Origin: an uncultured virus (IMG/VR IMGVR_UViG_3300029787_000017)
Lineage: Duplodnaviria; Heunggongvirae; Uroviricota; Caudoviricetes
Direction: 5' to 3' (one strand)
IMG/VR virus record: IMGVR_UViG_3300029787_000017
Location: 1-64,000 of that record
Length of the DNA: 64,000 bases
Of the stretch, positions 1 to 8,617 are shown one piece after another (the stretch's first letter is position 1; every line of letters begins with the position of its first letter). The notes beneath the pieces are model-generated. The model was not told the origin of the DNA. It did no database searches and saw nothing but the letters and a program-made list of their open reading frames with translations. Both the position numbers and the translations under genes were made by a program.

Positions 1-100
1 TTGAAAGGGGTCGCATGGATGGGAAAAAACTCAAAAACTCTGAACTGGTTTGGAATTAATTTGTTTTTTGTGGGAAAAGGGTCAAGCAATAACCTATTTC

Positions 101-218
101 TAATTTGACTTTTTGGGTGTTACATGGTATAATGAGGTCCAATAATGCATAAATTTGACTTTTTAGGTGTTTTTGCACAAGCTCACAATATAATGACCTT
201 TAATTTGACTTTTTGGTA
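101..218 (+). repeat. Three direct repeats of AATTTGACTTTTT(G/A)G with an exact 50-bp period; further copies at 422-436 and 721-735
   Basis: taatttgactttttgggtgt (101), aaatttgactttttaggtgt (151), taatttgactttttggtatt (201); tttgactttttgggt at 422; tttgacttatttggt at 721. Confidence 0.9.
105..133 (+). promoter_or_regulatory. Near-consensus sigma70 promoter with extended -10
   Basis: TTGACT (105-110), 17-bp spacer, TGG-TATAAT (125-133). Confidence 0.7.
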
Positions 219-229
219 TTACCCTTTCT

Positions 230-721
230 TTATTCTTTTTCTCTTCTTTTTTCCCTATGTTTTAGTACCATTTCTTTGTGATTCATGACAGCTATCGTCT
301 CATCTACACTTGCAGTAGTAACTATCATCTCTTCTTGGTGACCACCTAGTTTCCTGTATAGATTGATAGCTTCTCTATTCTTTTTATTGGTCATGCCTGT
401 GATGTATGTGTATCCATCTAGTTTGACTTTTTGGGTTAATGTGTTTAGTAGTTTAAGACCTACAGCTTTAGCTCTGTACTGTTTGTGTACTGTGATATCA
501 CATATCTGTACTTTGTCTGGGAGATACTTGTTGGCTGTTATTATACCTACCACTATCTCTTGGTCTTCTCCCAAAATTTTAGCTATGAAGAAGTAATCGT
601 AGAACTTCAGGTTTGTATGCTCATGGTCAGGGAACTCCTCTGCTAGAAGTCTCTGCGCTCCTTCATACTCTTGTAATGTAGTATGACCCTTACCATAAAT
701 CTTAATGTCCCCGTACTTCAT
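230..721 (-). CDS. GNAT-family N-acetyltransferase
   Basis: Motif A-like ITVHKQYRAKAVGLKLL and motif B NREAINLYRKLG. Confidence 0.85.
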   Translation of the reverse strand: MKYGDIKIYGKGHTTLQEYEGAQRLLAEEFPDHEHTNLKFYDYFFIAKILGEDQEIVVGIITANKYLPDKVQICDITVHKQYRAKAVGLKLLNTLTQKVKLDGYTYITGMTNKKNREAINLYRKLGGHQEEMIVTTASVDETIAVMNHKEMVLKHREKRREKE

Positions 722-734
722 TTGACTTATTTGG

Positions 735-860
735 TTACTTCTTTTTCTTTAGCATCTTCTTCAGTAAGGCGTTCTGTTTCTTGAGTTCGTCTACCTTTGC
801 TGCCTCTCGAATTTCTTTTGATACGAGAGTAGCGTACACCATTCTTCTAATGAATCCCAT
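735..860 (-). CDS. Small basic hypothetical protein, 41 aa (not in ORF track)
   Basis: MGFIRRMVYATLVSKEIREAAKVDELKKQNALLKKMLKKKK*; fills the gap between co-oriented genes. Confidence 0.6.
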   Translation of the reverse strand: MGFIRRMVYATLVSKEIREAAKVDELKKQNALLKKMLKKKK

Positions 861-863
861 AGT

Positions 864-965
864 CTATCTTAAAAAATTAATAAGTCCGATCATAGCTGCT
901 GAACCAAAAATGATCCATGCAACAGCTTCGATAATTACCATACTAGTTACATCGTTGTTTCTCAT
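864..965 (-). CDS. Single-TM micropeptide, 33 aa, paralog of 1662..1766 (not in ORF track)
   Basis: MRNNDVTSMVIIEAVAWIIFGSAAMIGLINFLR*; ATGA overlap with ferredoxin stop; GGAGG-rich upstream. Confidence 0.7.
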   Translation of the reverse strand: MRNNDVTSMVIIEAVAWIIFGSAAMIGLINFLR

Positions 966-1234
966 CCTCCCCCTCCATTAATATCATGCTCCTCTGAGAG
1001 CGATAAATTAATTTGGGTCCACTTCTCTTCTGCTTCATCATCTACGCGAATTGCATCCACAGGACACTCAGGCTCACACGCTCCACAGTCAATACACTCT
1101 TCATTGTGGATAAACATAGGGAGCATACTTGTAGCTTCTTTAGGGACTGTCTCGTAGATGCAGTCTACTGGGCATACCTCTACGCAAGCTGTATCTTTCA
1201 CTCCTACACAGGGCTCTTGAATTACATATGTCAT
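962..1234 (-). CDS. fdxA: 7Fe ([3Fe-4S]+[4Fe-4S]) FdxA-type ferredoxin; start re-assigned to MTYVIQEPC
   Basis: CVGVKDTACVEVCPVDC and CIDCGACEPECP motifs; ATGA overlap with upstream stop. Confidence 0.9.
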   Translation of the reverse strand: MTYVIQEPCVGVKDTACVEVCPVDCIYETVPKEATSMLPMFIHNEECIDCGACEPECPVDAIRVDDEAEEKWTQINLSLSEEHDINGGGG

Positions 1235-1674
1235 ACTCTTTCCTTCCATCGGACCAAGATCTCTTTCTTGTTTCCGTTCTTCATTAAGGCTATTACAGCA
1301 TGAGTCTGATCCCATGGAGCTTTACTCACATGAGATATATTCTTCCACATACTGTCTACCTTGGCTACGCGCATTTGTTTTACACACGCTCTCTTGCACC
1401 TGCTCTGTGCTTCAGAGATTAGTTGGGCTCCTTTAGGGCTGTCTCTCTTGATTCCCTCTTTCTTCATCTTCTTCATCTCTGGAGTGCTATCCATCAACTG
1501 CTGCCAGTTCACTACTCCAGGCTGTGTTACCATCCTAGGCTCTTTCACTCCGCAGATATTGTCCTCTGGGGTTGCAATCCAGCCTGAATCTAATTCACTA
1601 ACCATGCAGGTGTTGGCGATCAAAGGAGGGAAACACCCCAAGCTCAAAGCTAATACTAGTGCTAACCTAACCAT
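1231..1674 (-). CDS. Secreted protein with a reduced Skp/OmpH-like region; start re-assigned to MVRLALV
   Basis: Signal peptide MVRLALVLALSLG; PGVVNWQQLMDSTPEMK resembles the Skp N-terminal motif; DQTHAVIALM resembles the Skp C-terminal DIT..VI..L. Confidence 0.5.
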   Translation of the reverse strand: MVRLALVLALSLGCFPPLIANTCMVSELDSGWIATPEDNICGVKEPRMVTQPGVVNWQQLMDSTPEMKKMKKEGIKRDSPKGAQLISEAQSRCKRACVKQMRVAKVDSMWKNISHVSKAPWDQTHAVIALMKNGNKKEILVRWKERV

Positions 1675-1766
1675 CCAACTATCCCTATAAGTAGTGCAGT
1701 ACCTAAAACAGTCCAAGCAATAGCTTCGATAATTACCATAGAGGTTACATGATTATTTCTACCCAT
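1662..1766 (-). CDS. Single-TM micropeptide, 34 aa, paralog of 864..965 (not in ORF track)
   Basis: MGRNNHVTSMVIIEAIAWTVLGTALLIGIVGWLG*; TAATG coupling to RNR stop. Confidence 0.7.
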   Translation of the reverse strand: MGRNNHVTSMVIIEAIAWTVLGTALLIGIVGWLG

Positions 1767-3658
1767 TAGCAATCACCCCCCGCAAGCGAACAAACGTCAC
1801 CCGCTTGCACAGACTCAACTTTATTCTCCTCTCTCTTCATCTTCTCCTCAATGTTCTCAGGAGTGAGAGCGATTGCCTCTAGAGGTTCATTCCCCTTAGA
1901 GCCAGCACGATACACTGTAAGACCTTTGAGGTACGGAGCGTAATCCAAAGCAGCTTGAGAGAATTCTTCAGGTGATGAAGTAGTGGGAAGGTTGATTGTT
2001 TTTGAGATGCATGAATCCATGTACTTTTGGACCGTAGCTTGTACTTTAATATGATCCTCGGGGGCCACATCATAGGCTCCGACAAAGTTTTTGAGAGTGA
2101 GTCCTTTGTCGTAATACTCTTGGAATAACGGATCGACAACTAACTGCTCCTTCCAAATATTGTTTTGGCGATACCTACGGTTGTACATAGCAGAAAAAAT
2201 TGGCTCAATACCGCTACTAACACCGTGCAGCATTGAGATAGTTCCGCAGGGAGGGATCGTAAGCATGACAGCATTCCTAATGCCATGACGCTTAACGAGC
2301 ATTCTAATCCTTGCTGGAAGAGTTTTGGCGTAATCTTCATTCAGATATTTTTTGTAGTCGAATTCTGGGAAAGGCTTCTTGTCCCTTGCGAGATAGATCG
2401 ACATCTTGTACGACTCATCTCGTATGGTAGCGAAGAGTCGGTCTAAAAACTCAAGGCACTTCTCACTACCGTACTTAATTCCCAGTTTAATAAGCATATA
2501 ATGTAGACCAGTTACGCCTAATCCAATCCTACGAGATCTCTCACCCACTCTTTTGCAGGTGTCCGTAGGAAATTTATTCACAGTTAACACGTTATCTAGG
2601 AATCGGATGCCAGTTCTTACAGTCTTAGCTAACCTCTTCCAATCAACATTAGTCCCGTCATCGAGTACCATGTTAGAGAGATTAATATTACCAAGGCAAC
2701 AATTTCCATAAGAAGGTAAAGAGATCTCCCCACAGGGATTTGTAGAATCAAGGCTTTCAAAGTACGAAACATTAGTGTATCTGTTTGCTAAATCAATGTT
2801 GTAGATTCCAGGGTCTCCAGACTCTACAGAGTTTTTCCAAATGAGATCCCACAAGTCTCGCGCCTTAATATCTTTAGGCCCTTGACATACAAAAGTATCT
2901 TTCCAATCTTTTTTGTGGAAGTTATTAGCTCTTGCGAGCGCATCTTCTTCATCCAATCCAATAACGTAAACAAACTCTTCGTCATTACGAAGCATCTCAT
3001 ACGAGTGGTACTCTTTATTGTTAAAAGAAAAGTACCAATCTTCATCTAATTCAATGGCTTCAAGAAACCTGTCCGTGATGGCTACAGAAATATTGAAGTT
3101 ATTTAATTGACCCTGATCTAGCTTTACAGATAAGAACTCAAGTAAATCAGGATGAGATACGTTAAGGATACCCATAAGAGCGGTTCTACGATTTTTTCCT
3201 GCTCTGACATGCTCTCCTACCTCATTAATCATTTGAAGAACCGACACCGATCCTGGTGCTGAGTTCTTTACACTGCCAATATGGTCTCCCCGTGGACGGA
3301 TCTTGGATACATTAAATCCTACCCCTCCCCCTGCACAAGAAATCTTATACATGTCCTGTACAGTTTTTCCAATGGAATCAACACTGTCTTCAGGAATAAT
3401 AACATAACAATTGAGTAGGTTATGATTCCCACGGTTACGCCCAGCACCATAAATAATTCTACCCCCTGGAATAAAGTCTCCTGAACCCACCGCATCGTAA
3501 AACATTTTTTCAACACGTTCTTTATCCTCATCCCTTTCTGCGGAAGCTACAGTCTTAGCTACTACTTTAGCTCTGTCTGCATACTTTGTCTCCCCTGGGT
3601 ATGCGTAGCGTGATTCAAAAATTTCTTGTCCGAGTTCATTTAGTTGTGTGTTTGCCAT
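1766..3658 (-). CDS. nrdJ: Ribonucleotide reductase, class II (adenosylcobalamin-dependent)
   Basis: FIPGGRI, NCYV, GGGVG, TNPCGE, RRIGLG, KGLTVYR (no class I YY pair), C-terminal Cys pair; no ATP cone; no beta subunit in window. Confidence 0.85.
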   Translation of the reverse strand: MANTQLNELGQEIFESRYAYPGETKYADRAKVVAKTVASAERDEDKERVEKMFYDAVGSGDFIPGGRIIYGAGRNRGNHNLLNCYVIIPEDSVDSIGKTVQDMYKISCAGGGVGFNVSKIRPRGDHIGSVKNSAPGSVSVLQMINEVGEHVRAGKNRRTALMGILNVSHPDLLEFLSVKLDQGQLNNFNISVAITDRFLEAIELDEDWYFSFNNKEYHSYEMLRNDEEFVYVIGLDEEDALARANNFHKKDWKDTFVCQGPKDIKARDLWDLIWKNSVESGDPGIYNIDLANRYTNVSYFESLDSTNPCGEISLPSYGNCCLGNINLSNMVLDDGTNVDWKRLAKTVRTGIRFLDNVLTVNKFPTDTCKRVGERSRRIGLGVTGLHYMLIKLGIKYGSEKCLEFLDRLFATIRDESYKMSIYLARDKKPFPEFDYKKYLNEDYAKTLPARIRMLVKRHGIRNAVMLTIPPCGTISMLHGVSSGIEPIFSAMYNRRYRQNNIWKEQLVVDPLFQEYYDKGLTLKNFVGAYDVAPEDHIKVQATVQKYMDSCISKTINLPTTSSPEEFSQAALDYAPYLKGLTVYRAGSKGNEPLEAIALTPENIEEKMKREENKVESVQAGDVCSLAGGDC

Positions 3659-3660
3659 TT

Positions 3661-5244
3661 TTATTTCTTTAGGGTAGAGACTCCTTTGCTCTTTGTTATA
3701 GTCAGAGTCCGCACGTTATCCAATAAAGACTTTAGATAATTATTATGTGTAATTACAAACAAAGTCTTGTCTTTCTTTAATTCGGACAATAATATGTAGA
3801 GACCATCGAGACCATCTTGATCTAAATTTTCCGCAATCTCATCAAAGAACATTAAGTTACTCTCCTCAGTGGATGAGATGGCTAATAACTGCTGTAATCC
3901 TAGAAGCACAGCCAGATCAATCTTCCTCTTCTCACCCCCTGAGAGTGAGATATAATGCACCTCTCTGTTTTGATGCGTGATGGTTTCTTTTAGCTCTTCA
4001 TCAAACTCCAGAAAAAACTTACCCTTTGATAGGTGTGATAGATAAAAATTTACCTTGCCGTTTAAATACTTTAGAATGTTTCTTATGATATACTTAACGA
4101 GACCTGATTCAGAGAAAGCCTTCTCCCAAAAACGCATAGTCTCGTACCTGGTATTGTAGTCCTGCTTTAAATCATGAGCTTCCTGAATTTCTTGAGTAGC
4201 TTCTGCTTTTAATTCCGTGAAGGTCTCGGTTTCTTTTTTGAGTTGATTATACTCTATGATTTTGTGATACTTTGATGATGAGATGGGAATCTCTACGATC
4301 CTTGCGAACTCCTTAGAGTGATCCTCATCCAGTAGAATCATTTTCTCTAAGTAACCATCTATATCGTTTTGTAACTTCTCTGGTAAGTGGTCTTCCTCTA
4401 CTTCTTGTCCGCAGGTTGAGCATGTTTTTATTACAGGTCCTAGCTTTATCTGCTGCTTGGCATTAATAATTCTAACATCTAAATCATTCATCTGCCTTGC
4501 TAAGAGTTTCATCTCCCAGGCCGCTGAAGCATTGGCTTTCTCAGCCTCCAATACTTCTTCTAAAGAAAGAGATAAAGTTGCTTCGTCATACTTCCCCTCC
4601 ACATCCTCCCTCAATTTAGATAGGGACTTCAGCTTTTTATCAAATGACGCTAAGTTCTTTTGACGGGTTTCTATGATTGCATCTTGCTTCTTTACTGTCT
4701 GAGAATAGCTAGACTTTAGTTTCTTAACTGAATCTCTCAAGGAGAACAGATCATCCAGCTTTAAAAAATTCTTTATGATTGTTCGCTTATCGTCTGGGGT
4801 CGCGTTAATAAACCCCATGGTATTCTGTTGTCCGAATACCGTAGATGCTAGAAACACTTTGTAATTTGTATTTAAGGTCTCTTCTATAACCTTTTGAGTT
4901 TCTAAGGCATTCGCTTGGGTGCGCTCTGTGTCCCCCACTGTGAACTTTAAGTGAGTAGGCTTCCTACCTCTCTCAATTACAGTATTATCATTAACAGTAA
5001 TCTTTACAACACATCCCTTCTTGCTTTGTGAATTTACTAAAGCCTCTTCTGTAGACTTGCGGATAGTTTTACCGAACAGTCCCCACACAACAGCTTCAAT
5101 CATAGCACTCTTTCCTGAGCCGTTGGAGCCTCCTGTGTCTTTGTTCTTGCCTTCTACAAGTACAACGCCTTTAAATTTATCGAAGTTTAGGACTGCATTC
5201 TTTACCGAATAAAAATTACTTATCTCTACTTTGTTTATTTTCAT
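3661..5244 (-). CDS. Rad50/SbcC-like recombination ATPase (T4 gp46-like)
   Basis: Walker A NGSGKS, zinc hook CSTCG, signature LSGGE, Walker B FFDE, ITH switch; likely start MKINKVEI. Confidence 0.95.
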   Translation of the reverse strand: MKINKVEISNFYSVKNAVLNFDKFKGVVLVEGKNKDTGGSNGSGKSAMIEAVVWGLFGKTIRKSTEEALVNSQSKKGCVVKITVNDNTVIERGRKPTHLKFTVGDTERTQANALETQKVIEETLNTNYKVFLASTVFGQQNTMGFINATPDDKRTIIKNFLKLDDLFSLRDSVKKLKSSYSQTVKKQDAIIETRQKNLASFDKKLKSLSKLREDVEGKYDEATLSLSLEEVLEAEKANASAAWEMKLLARQMNDLDVRIINAKQQIKLGPVIKTCSTCGQEVEEDHLPEKLQNDIDGYLEKMILLDEDHSKEFARIVEIPISSSKYHKIIEYNQLKKETETFTELKAEATQEIQEAHDLKQDYNTRYETMRFWEKAFSESGLVKYIIRNILKYLNGKVNFYLSHLSKGKFFLEFDEELKETITHQNREVHYISLSGGEKRKIDLAVLLGLQQLLAISSTEESNLMFFDEIAENLDQDGLDGLYILLSELKKDKTLFVITHNNYLKSLLDNVRTLTITKSKGVSTLKK

Positions 5245-6262
5245 GAATTGTTTGAAGCCCATTTAACAGGACTTCTTTTGATATTTTAGTTGAGGTTGCG
5301 TTTATGTAATCCTCAATCAGTGCATCGCTAACGTGAGTAATAGGACTATCGGGATCTAAGCTGCTCTGCGGAAGCTTCTCGTCTGTCACAGGTTTATACT
5401 TTACCTCAACGTAACCAACATCAAGTTTATCCATGAGCGAAGCAACACTATCCTGCTCCGCATCTACTGTATTGATTATAATTCTAAGAAGTGTAAAGTA
5501 TTTACCATCATTAATCCAATCTAGATTCTCTTCTAGAGATTCATAATCAACTACTAAATGTCTAGGACCAAACTCAATGGGCATGTACACCGCACCTCCA
5601 CTGCGGATAACTGCATAGAAGTTTTCTTTTAGATGCTCAGTAAAGTTTGTGGTGTATGGAGTACCTAATAGCGTGATATTTTTGCTAACATTGTGTCCGT
5701 GAATATGCCCAAGATAAGTAGTGTGCTTAAAATCAGAAGGAAGGAGAGAAAAATCGTTATCCCCAGCAGAATTAAGGGAACCGCAGTAACCAAAGTGACC
5801 GAATACAGTATAATCTCTAGGAACATTAGCCAACTTTGCTTTAATCTTTTCTTCATCTTCATAGTGAGGTATAAAAGCCATCTTAGTACGATGGTCAAAG
5901 AATGTTTGAGTAACAACACGAACTGCGTTGTGTCTGTTCTTTGCGTAAGGAAGGAGATCTTGACAGGGGTTCTTTTCAAACAAACTGAGTGCGGTCACAC
6001 CGTCATCAGACTTATTCTCGCTGTCGTGATTCCCCCTTATTATAGTAACCATTGCTCTAGAGGAAGCGTAATCAATCACTTCTTTAAGTGCGAGCAAGAC
6101 GCTAGGGTATGGCTTCCTATGCATCATTAGATCTCCCAAGAAGATTATGTGATCCGCTTTCGGATTGAGGTCAATGATATCTTTTATGCACTTCTTCTGT
6201 GCATCCAGCAAGCCATAAGGCTTATTGTCGAAGTGCAAGTCTCCGATTACTAATACTTCCAT
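5216..6262 (-). CDS. Mre11/SbcD-like nuclease (T4 gp47-like)
   Basis: Metallophosphoesterase motifs GDLH, LGD, GNHD, GHIH; adjacent to gp46-like gene. Confidence 0.95.
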   Translation of the reverse strand: MEVLVIGDLHFDNKPYGLLDAQKKCIKDIIDLNPKADHIIFLGDLMMHRKPYPSVLLALKEVIDYASSRAMVTIIRGNHDSENKSDDGVTALSLFEKNPCQDLLPYAKNRHNAVRVVTQTFFDHRTKMAFIPHYEDEEKIKAKLANVPRDYTVFGHFGYCGSLNSAGDNDFSLLPSDFKHTTYLGHIHGHNVSKNITLLGTPYTTNFTEHLKENFYAVIRSGGAVYMPIEFGPRHLVVDYESLEENLDWINDGKYFTLLRIIINTVDAEQDSVASLMDKLDVGYVEVKYKPVTDEKLPQSSLDPDSPITHVSDALIEDYINATSTKISKEVLLNGLQTIHENKQSRDK

Positions 6263-6263
6263 A

Positions 6264-6512
6264 TTACCACTTTTCTATGGGACATTCTTCTGTAAACCAC
6301 TTAGTTTTAAGAGGTGTATAGCACCCACACAGCTTACATTGGTCGGCCTCAAAGTGAGGACACCTGTTACATATATCGAGACGGGCTTTAGCTAGGTCGG
6401 ACACCCTAAATCCTGACCTGGCCCAGTGGTATAGTGATTTGAAGAACTGCTTCACTTGGCTTGGTCTTAAATACCTTAAGACGTAGTACAAATTAATTAT
6501 TTTTTGTTTCAT
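6264..6512 (-). CDS. Small Cys-rich putative zinc-binding protein
   Basis: RLDICNRC...CKLCGC...CPIEKW pattern, common in phage small proteins. Confidence 0.7.
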   Translation of the reverse strand: MKQKIINLYYVLRYLRPSQVKQFFKSLYHWARSGFRVSDLAKARLDICNRCPHFEADQCKLCGCYTPLKTKWFTEECPIEKW

Positions 6513-7621
6513 TGGAAGTACTTATTTATTTCAGTAATGTTATCTACCTTTCCATCCTTAAATCTAACAGGAATTGCATCTCCGAAAGACTTACCTACCT
6601 CAGCGTCAATAACCAAAGGCACATCAAAGTGTATATTAAAAAGAGATTTAATGGATGGGTAGTTTACCATCTCATTATAGACAATCTCTAGTGCCTCAGA
6701 TACACAATCTAAATCACAAACTATCTCCACACTATCGTGAACGGTAGCGACGGGACGAGCTTGAATACTATTATCCTTAAAAGACTTAGCAATACCAAGA
6801 AGAGAAGAGAGCAGGATATCAGACGCAGTGCTTTGGATAGTAAAGTTGAGGCCCTGTCTGAGAGCGCGATTAACCACTGTTCTATCACGAGAGGTAACAT
6901 CAGGCAGATTCCTGCGCCTACCAAATATTGTATAAGCATAACCATTGCGTTTAATATATTCATTTACGAACTCCATGTACTCAAAAATGCCAGGGTACAC
7001 TTTCTTGTAGTTATCAATAATCTTCTCAGCCCTCTTCATGGGGATAGCCATGGTCTCTGCTAGATTAAAAGCCCCTCCACCATACACGATCAGGAACGAA
7101 ACTGTTTTGGCAATCTGTCTCTCTTCCTTTGTGATGTCTTTCTTATTAAAGAGAAGCTCTGCCGTGTAAGTATGTAGATCCGCTCCTTGATTGAAGGCTA
7201 GTTGCATATTGCCTTCCTTGGCTATATGAGACAGCACTCTAAGCTCCATGGCTGCGTAATCAACAGTAATGAAGGCTTGACCCTTCTCCGCTGTAAAGAT
7301 GCTCCTGATGTTAGTTTCTGTGTCTCTGGGTAGAGTGTGGAAAGACACTCCCATAGCTTTCTTTGCATTGTAAGCCGCGCAAGACAATCGACCCGTTGTA
7401 GTGCCATCAAACCTGAAGTCTACATACACCTTGTCTCTTTCATTATATGCAATCGCTTTCTTAGTCCCTTGGATATAAGTCTTCGCTAACTTCTCAGATT
7501 TACGAAGATCTAATAGACCTTTTAAGAACTTTTTAGATTCTTGAAGCTGTTCCGTAGTCTTAGAGGAGATAACAGACTTGCTAACCTTCTTCCCCTCATC
7601 CCTGTGCTGCCACTTACTCAC
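6509..7621 (-). CDS. polA: Family A DNA polymerase, part 3 (palm/fingers)
   Basis: TTTGRLS, motif A DYAAMELR, motif B RQIAKTVSFLIVYG, GRRR, NFTIQSTASD, motif C VHDS; GTG start with GAAGGGGAG SD. Confidence 0.95.
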   Translation of the reverse strand: MSKWQHRDEGKKVSKSVISSKTTEQLQESKKFLKGLLDLRKSEKLAKTYIQGTKKAIAYNERDKVYVDFRFDGTTTGRLSCAAYNAKKAMGVSFHTLPRDTETNIRSIFTAEKGQAFITVDYAAMELRVLSHIAKEGNMQLAFNQGADLHTYTAELLFNKKDITKEERQIAKTVSFLIVYGGGAFNLAETMAIPMKRAEKIIDNYKKVYPGIFEYMEFVNEYIKRNGYAYTIFGRRRNLPDVTSRDRTVVNRALRQGLNFTIQSTASDILLSSLLGIAKSFKDNSIQARPVATVHDSVEIVCDLDCVSEALEIVYNEMVNYPSIKSLFNIHFDVPLVIDAEVGKSFGDAIPVRFKDGKVDNITEINKYFQ

Positions 7622-8093
7622 GCTTCTTCAACTCCCCTTCAATATGCTCAAGCAATAGCTTAAGTGTAGGTGCAGATACTGAAGGCTTTCCGCTTGCTGT
7701 CTTATCGGGAGGATACAACTCCATCCCCCCCTCACGAGTGTACAATATCTCGATCAAGTGGTTGTTAGATGAGAGGTTATCTGTCTTGTGTACAGAATTG
7801 CAACTATAGAGACCGTCCTCCTCGTCCATGTTCTTAGAACTTAACGTCTTGCCTACCTTCTCTAGAGTGTTAGTGTCTACATTTAAGCCCTCGTACTCCA
7901 TCTCTGCGAACACCTCAAGTGAGGGCATGATAACCTTTTCAATCAACCTCATCATCGGACTCCCTTCAAGTTTTTCGCAAATCAAATCAAACAACTTGAG
8001 GGTGAAATAAGTATCCATAGCATTCCCTTCCACGCAATCGGAAAGAGATATACTGGACCAATCAAAAGTGTTAGGATTGTTTATAGTAAGCAT
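7614..8093 (-). CDS. polA: Family A DNA polymerase, part 2 (Exo III helix + most of thumb)
   Basis: GNAMDTYFTLKLF (Exo III-like), MPSLEVFAEMEYEGLNVD, NLSSNNHLIEILY, KTASGKPSVSAPTL. Confidence 0.9.
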   Translation of the reverse strand: MLTINNPNTFDWSSISLSDCVEGNAMDTYFTLKLFDLICEKLEGSPMMRLIEKVIMPSLEVFAEMEYEGLNVDTNTLEKVGKTLSSKNMDEEDGLYSCNSVHKTDNLSSNNHLIEILYTREGGMELYPPDKTASGKPSVSAPTLKLLLEHIEGELKKRE

Positions 8094-8116
8094 TACTATA
8101 TATTATAGAGGTCATC

Positions 8117-8617
8117 ATGCGAAATTTAATAATCATACTTATGTTAGTTACTCTGTCTAGTTGCAGCACCATCAAACACGCTGTAGGAGGAGCCTTAGGT
8201 GGAGGCTTAACAGCAGCCTTCCTCCCTGAGCCAGCAGCGGTCGCAGCAGGAGCAGCAGGTGGAGTCATGGTCACAGAGCTTATCCTGCCTTCAGCAAGCC
8301 CAGCAGCCCTTGTAGGGCAAGTGGCAGGAGCAGGTCCAGTACAAGGAACTACTGCTTCTACCTTACATGAAACAGGTGGGCTAATTAAGACTTTAGGTTA
8401 TTGGTGGTTAATCCTCTTTGTGTTCCTTCCACTCTTCAGAAAGAATGGACGTAACTGGTTTAAAAAGTTCGGACAGATTCATAACACCGTATCCCAAGCA
8501 GACATTGATGCAAGGGATGATGAACAGGATGTAATTATGAAGCATAATGAGAGTAGGATTGCTGCTTTAGAGCAAATGATTACAGACTCTCAAGCTCTGT
8601 CGGAAAATAAAGCTTAA
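8117..8617 (+). CDS. Lipoprotein with glycine-zipper region and downstream TM helix (candidate unimolecular spanin)
   Basis: Lipobox LSSC after a hydrophobic signal; GGALGGG/AAGAAGG; TM LGYWWLILFVFLPLF followed by RKNGR; GAGG SD. Confidence 0.55.
   Translation: MRNLIIILMLVTLSSCSTIKHAVGGALGGGLTAAFLPEPAAVAAGAAGGVMVTELILPSASPAALVGQVAGAGPVQGTTASTLHETGGLIKTLGYWWLILFVFLPLFRKNGRNWFKKFGQIHNTVSQADIDARDDEQDVIMKHNESRIAALEQMITDSQALSENKA

Noticed and set aside
101..220. 50-bp-period repeats as a mini CRISPR array
   Set aside because: The conserved unit is only about 15 bp, non-palindromic, contains a -35 box and recurs inside a gene; this fits binding sites better.
7614..7630. Programmed frameshift joining polymerase parts 2 and 3
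   Set aside because: No slippery heptamer, a TGA three codons upstream in the part 3 frame, and a good SD before the GTG favour independent initiation.
8094..8580. Group I intron or split intein explaining the polymerase break
   Set aside because: The interval is filled by an opposite-strand membrane-protein ORF; no homing endonuclease, no recognisable intron core and no intein-type termini. Not formally excluded without a covariance-model search.
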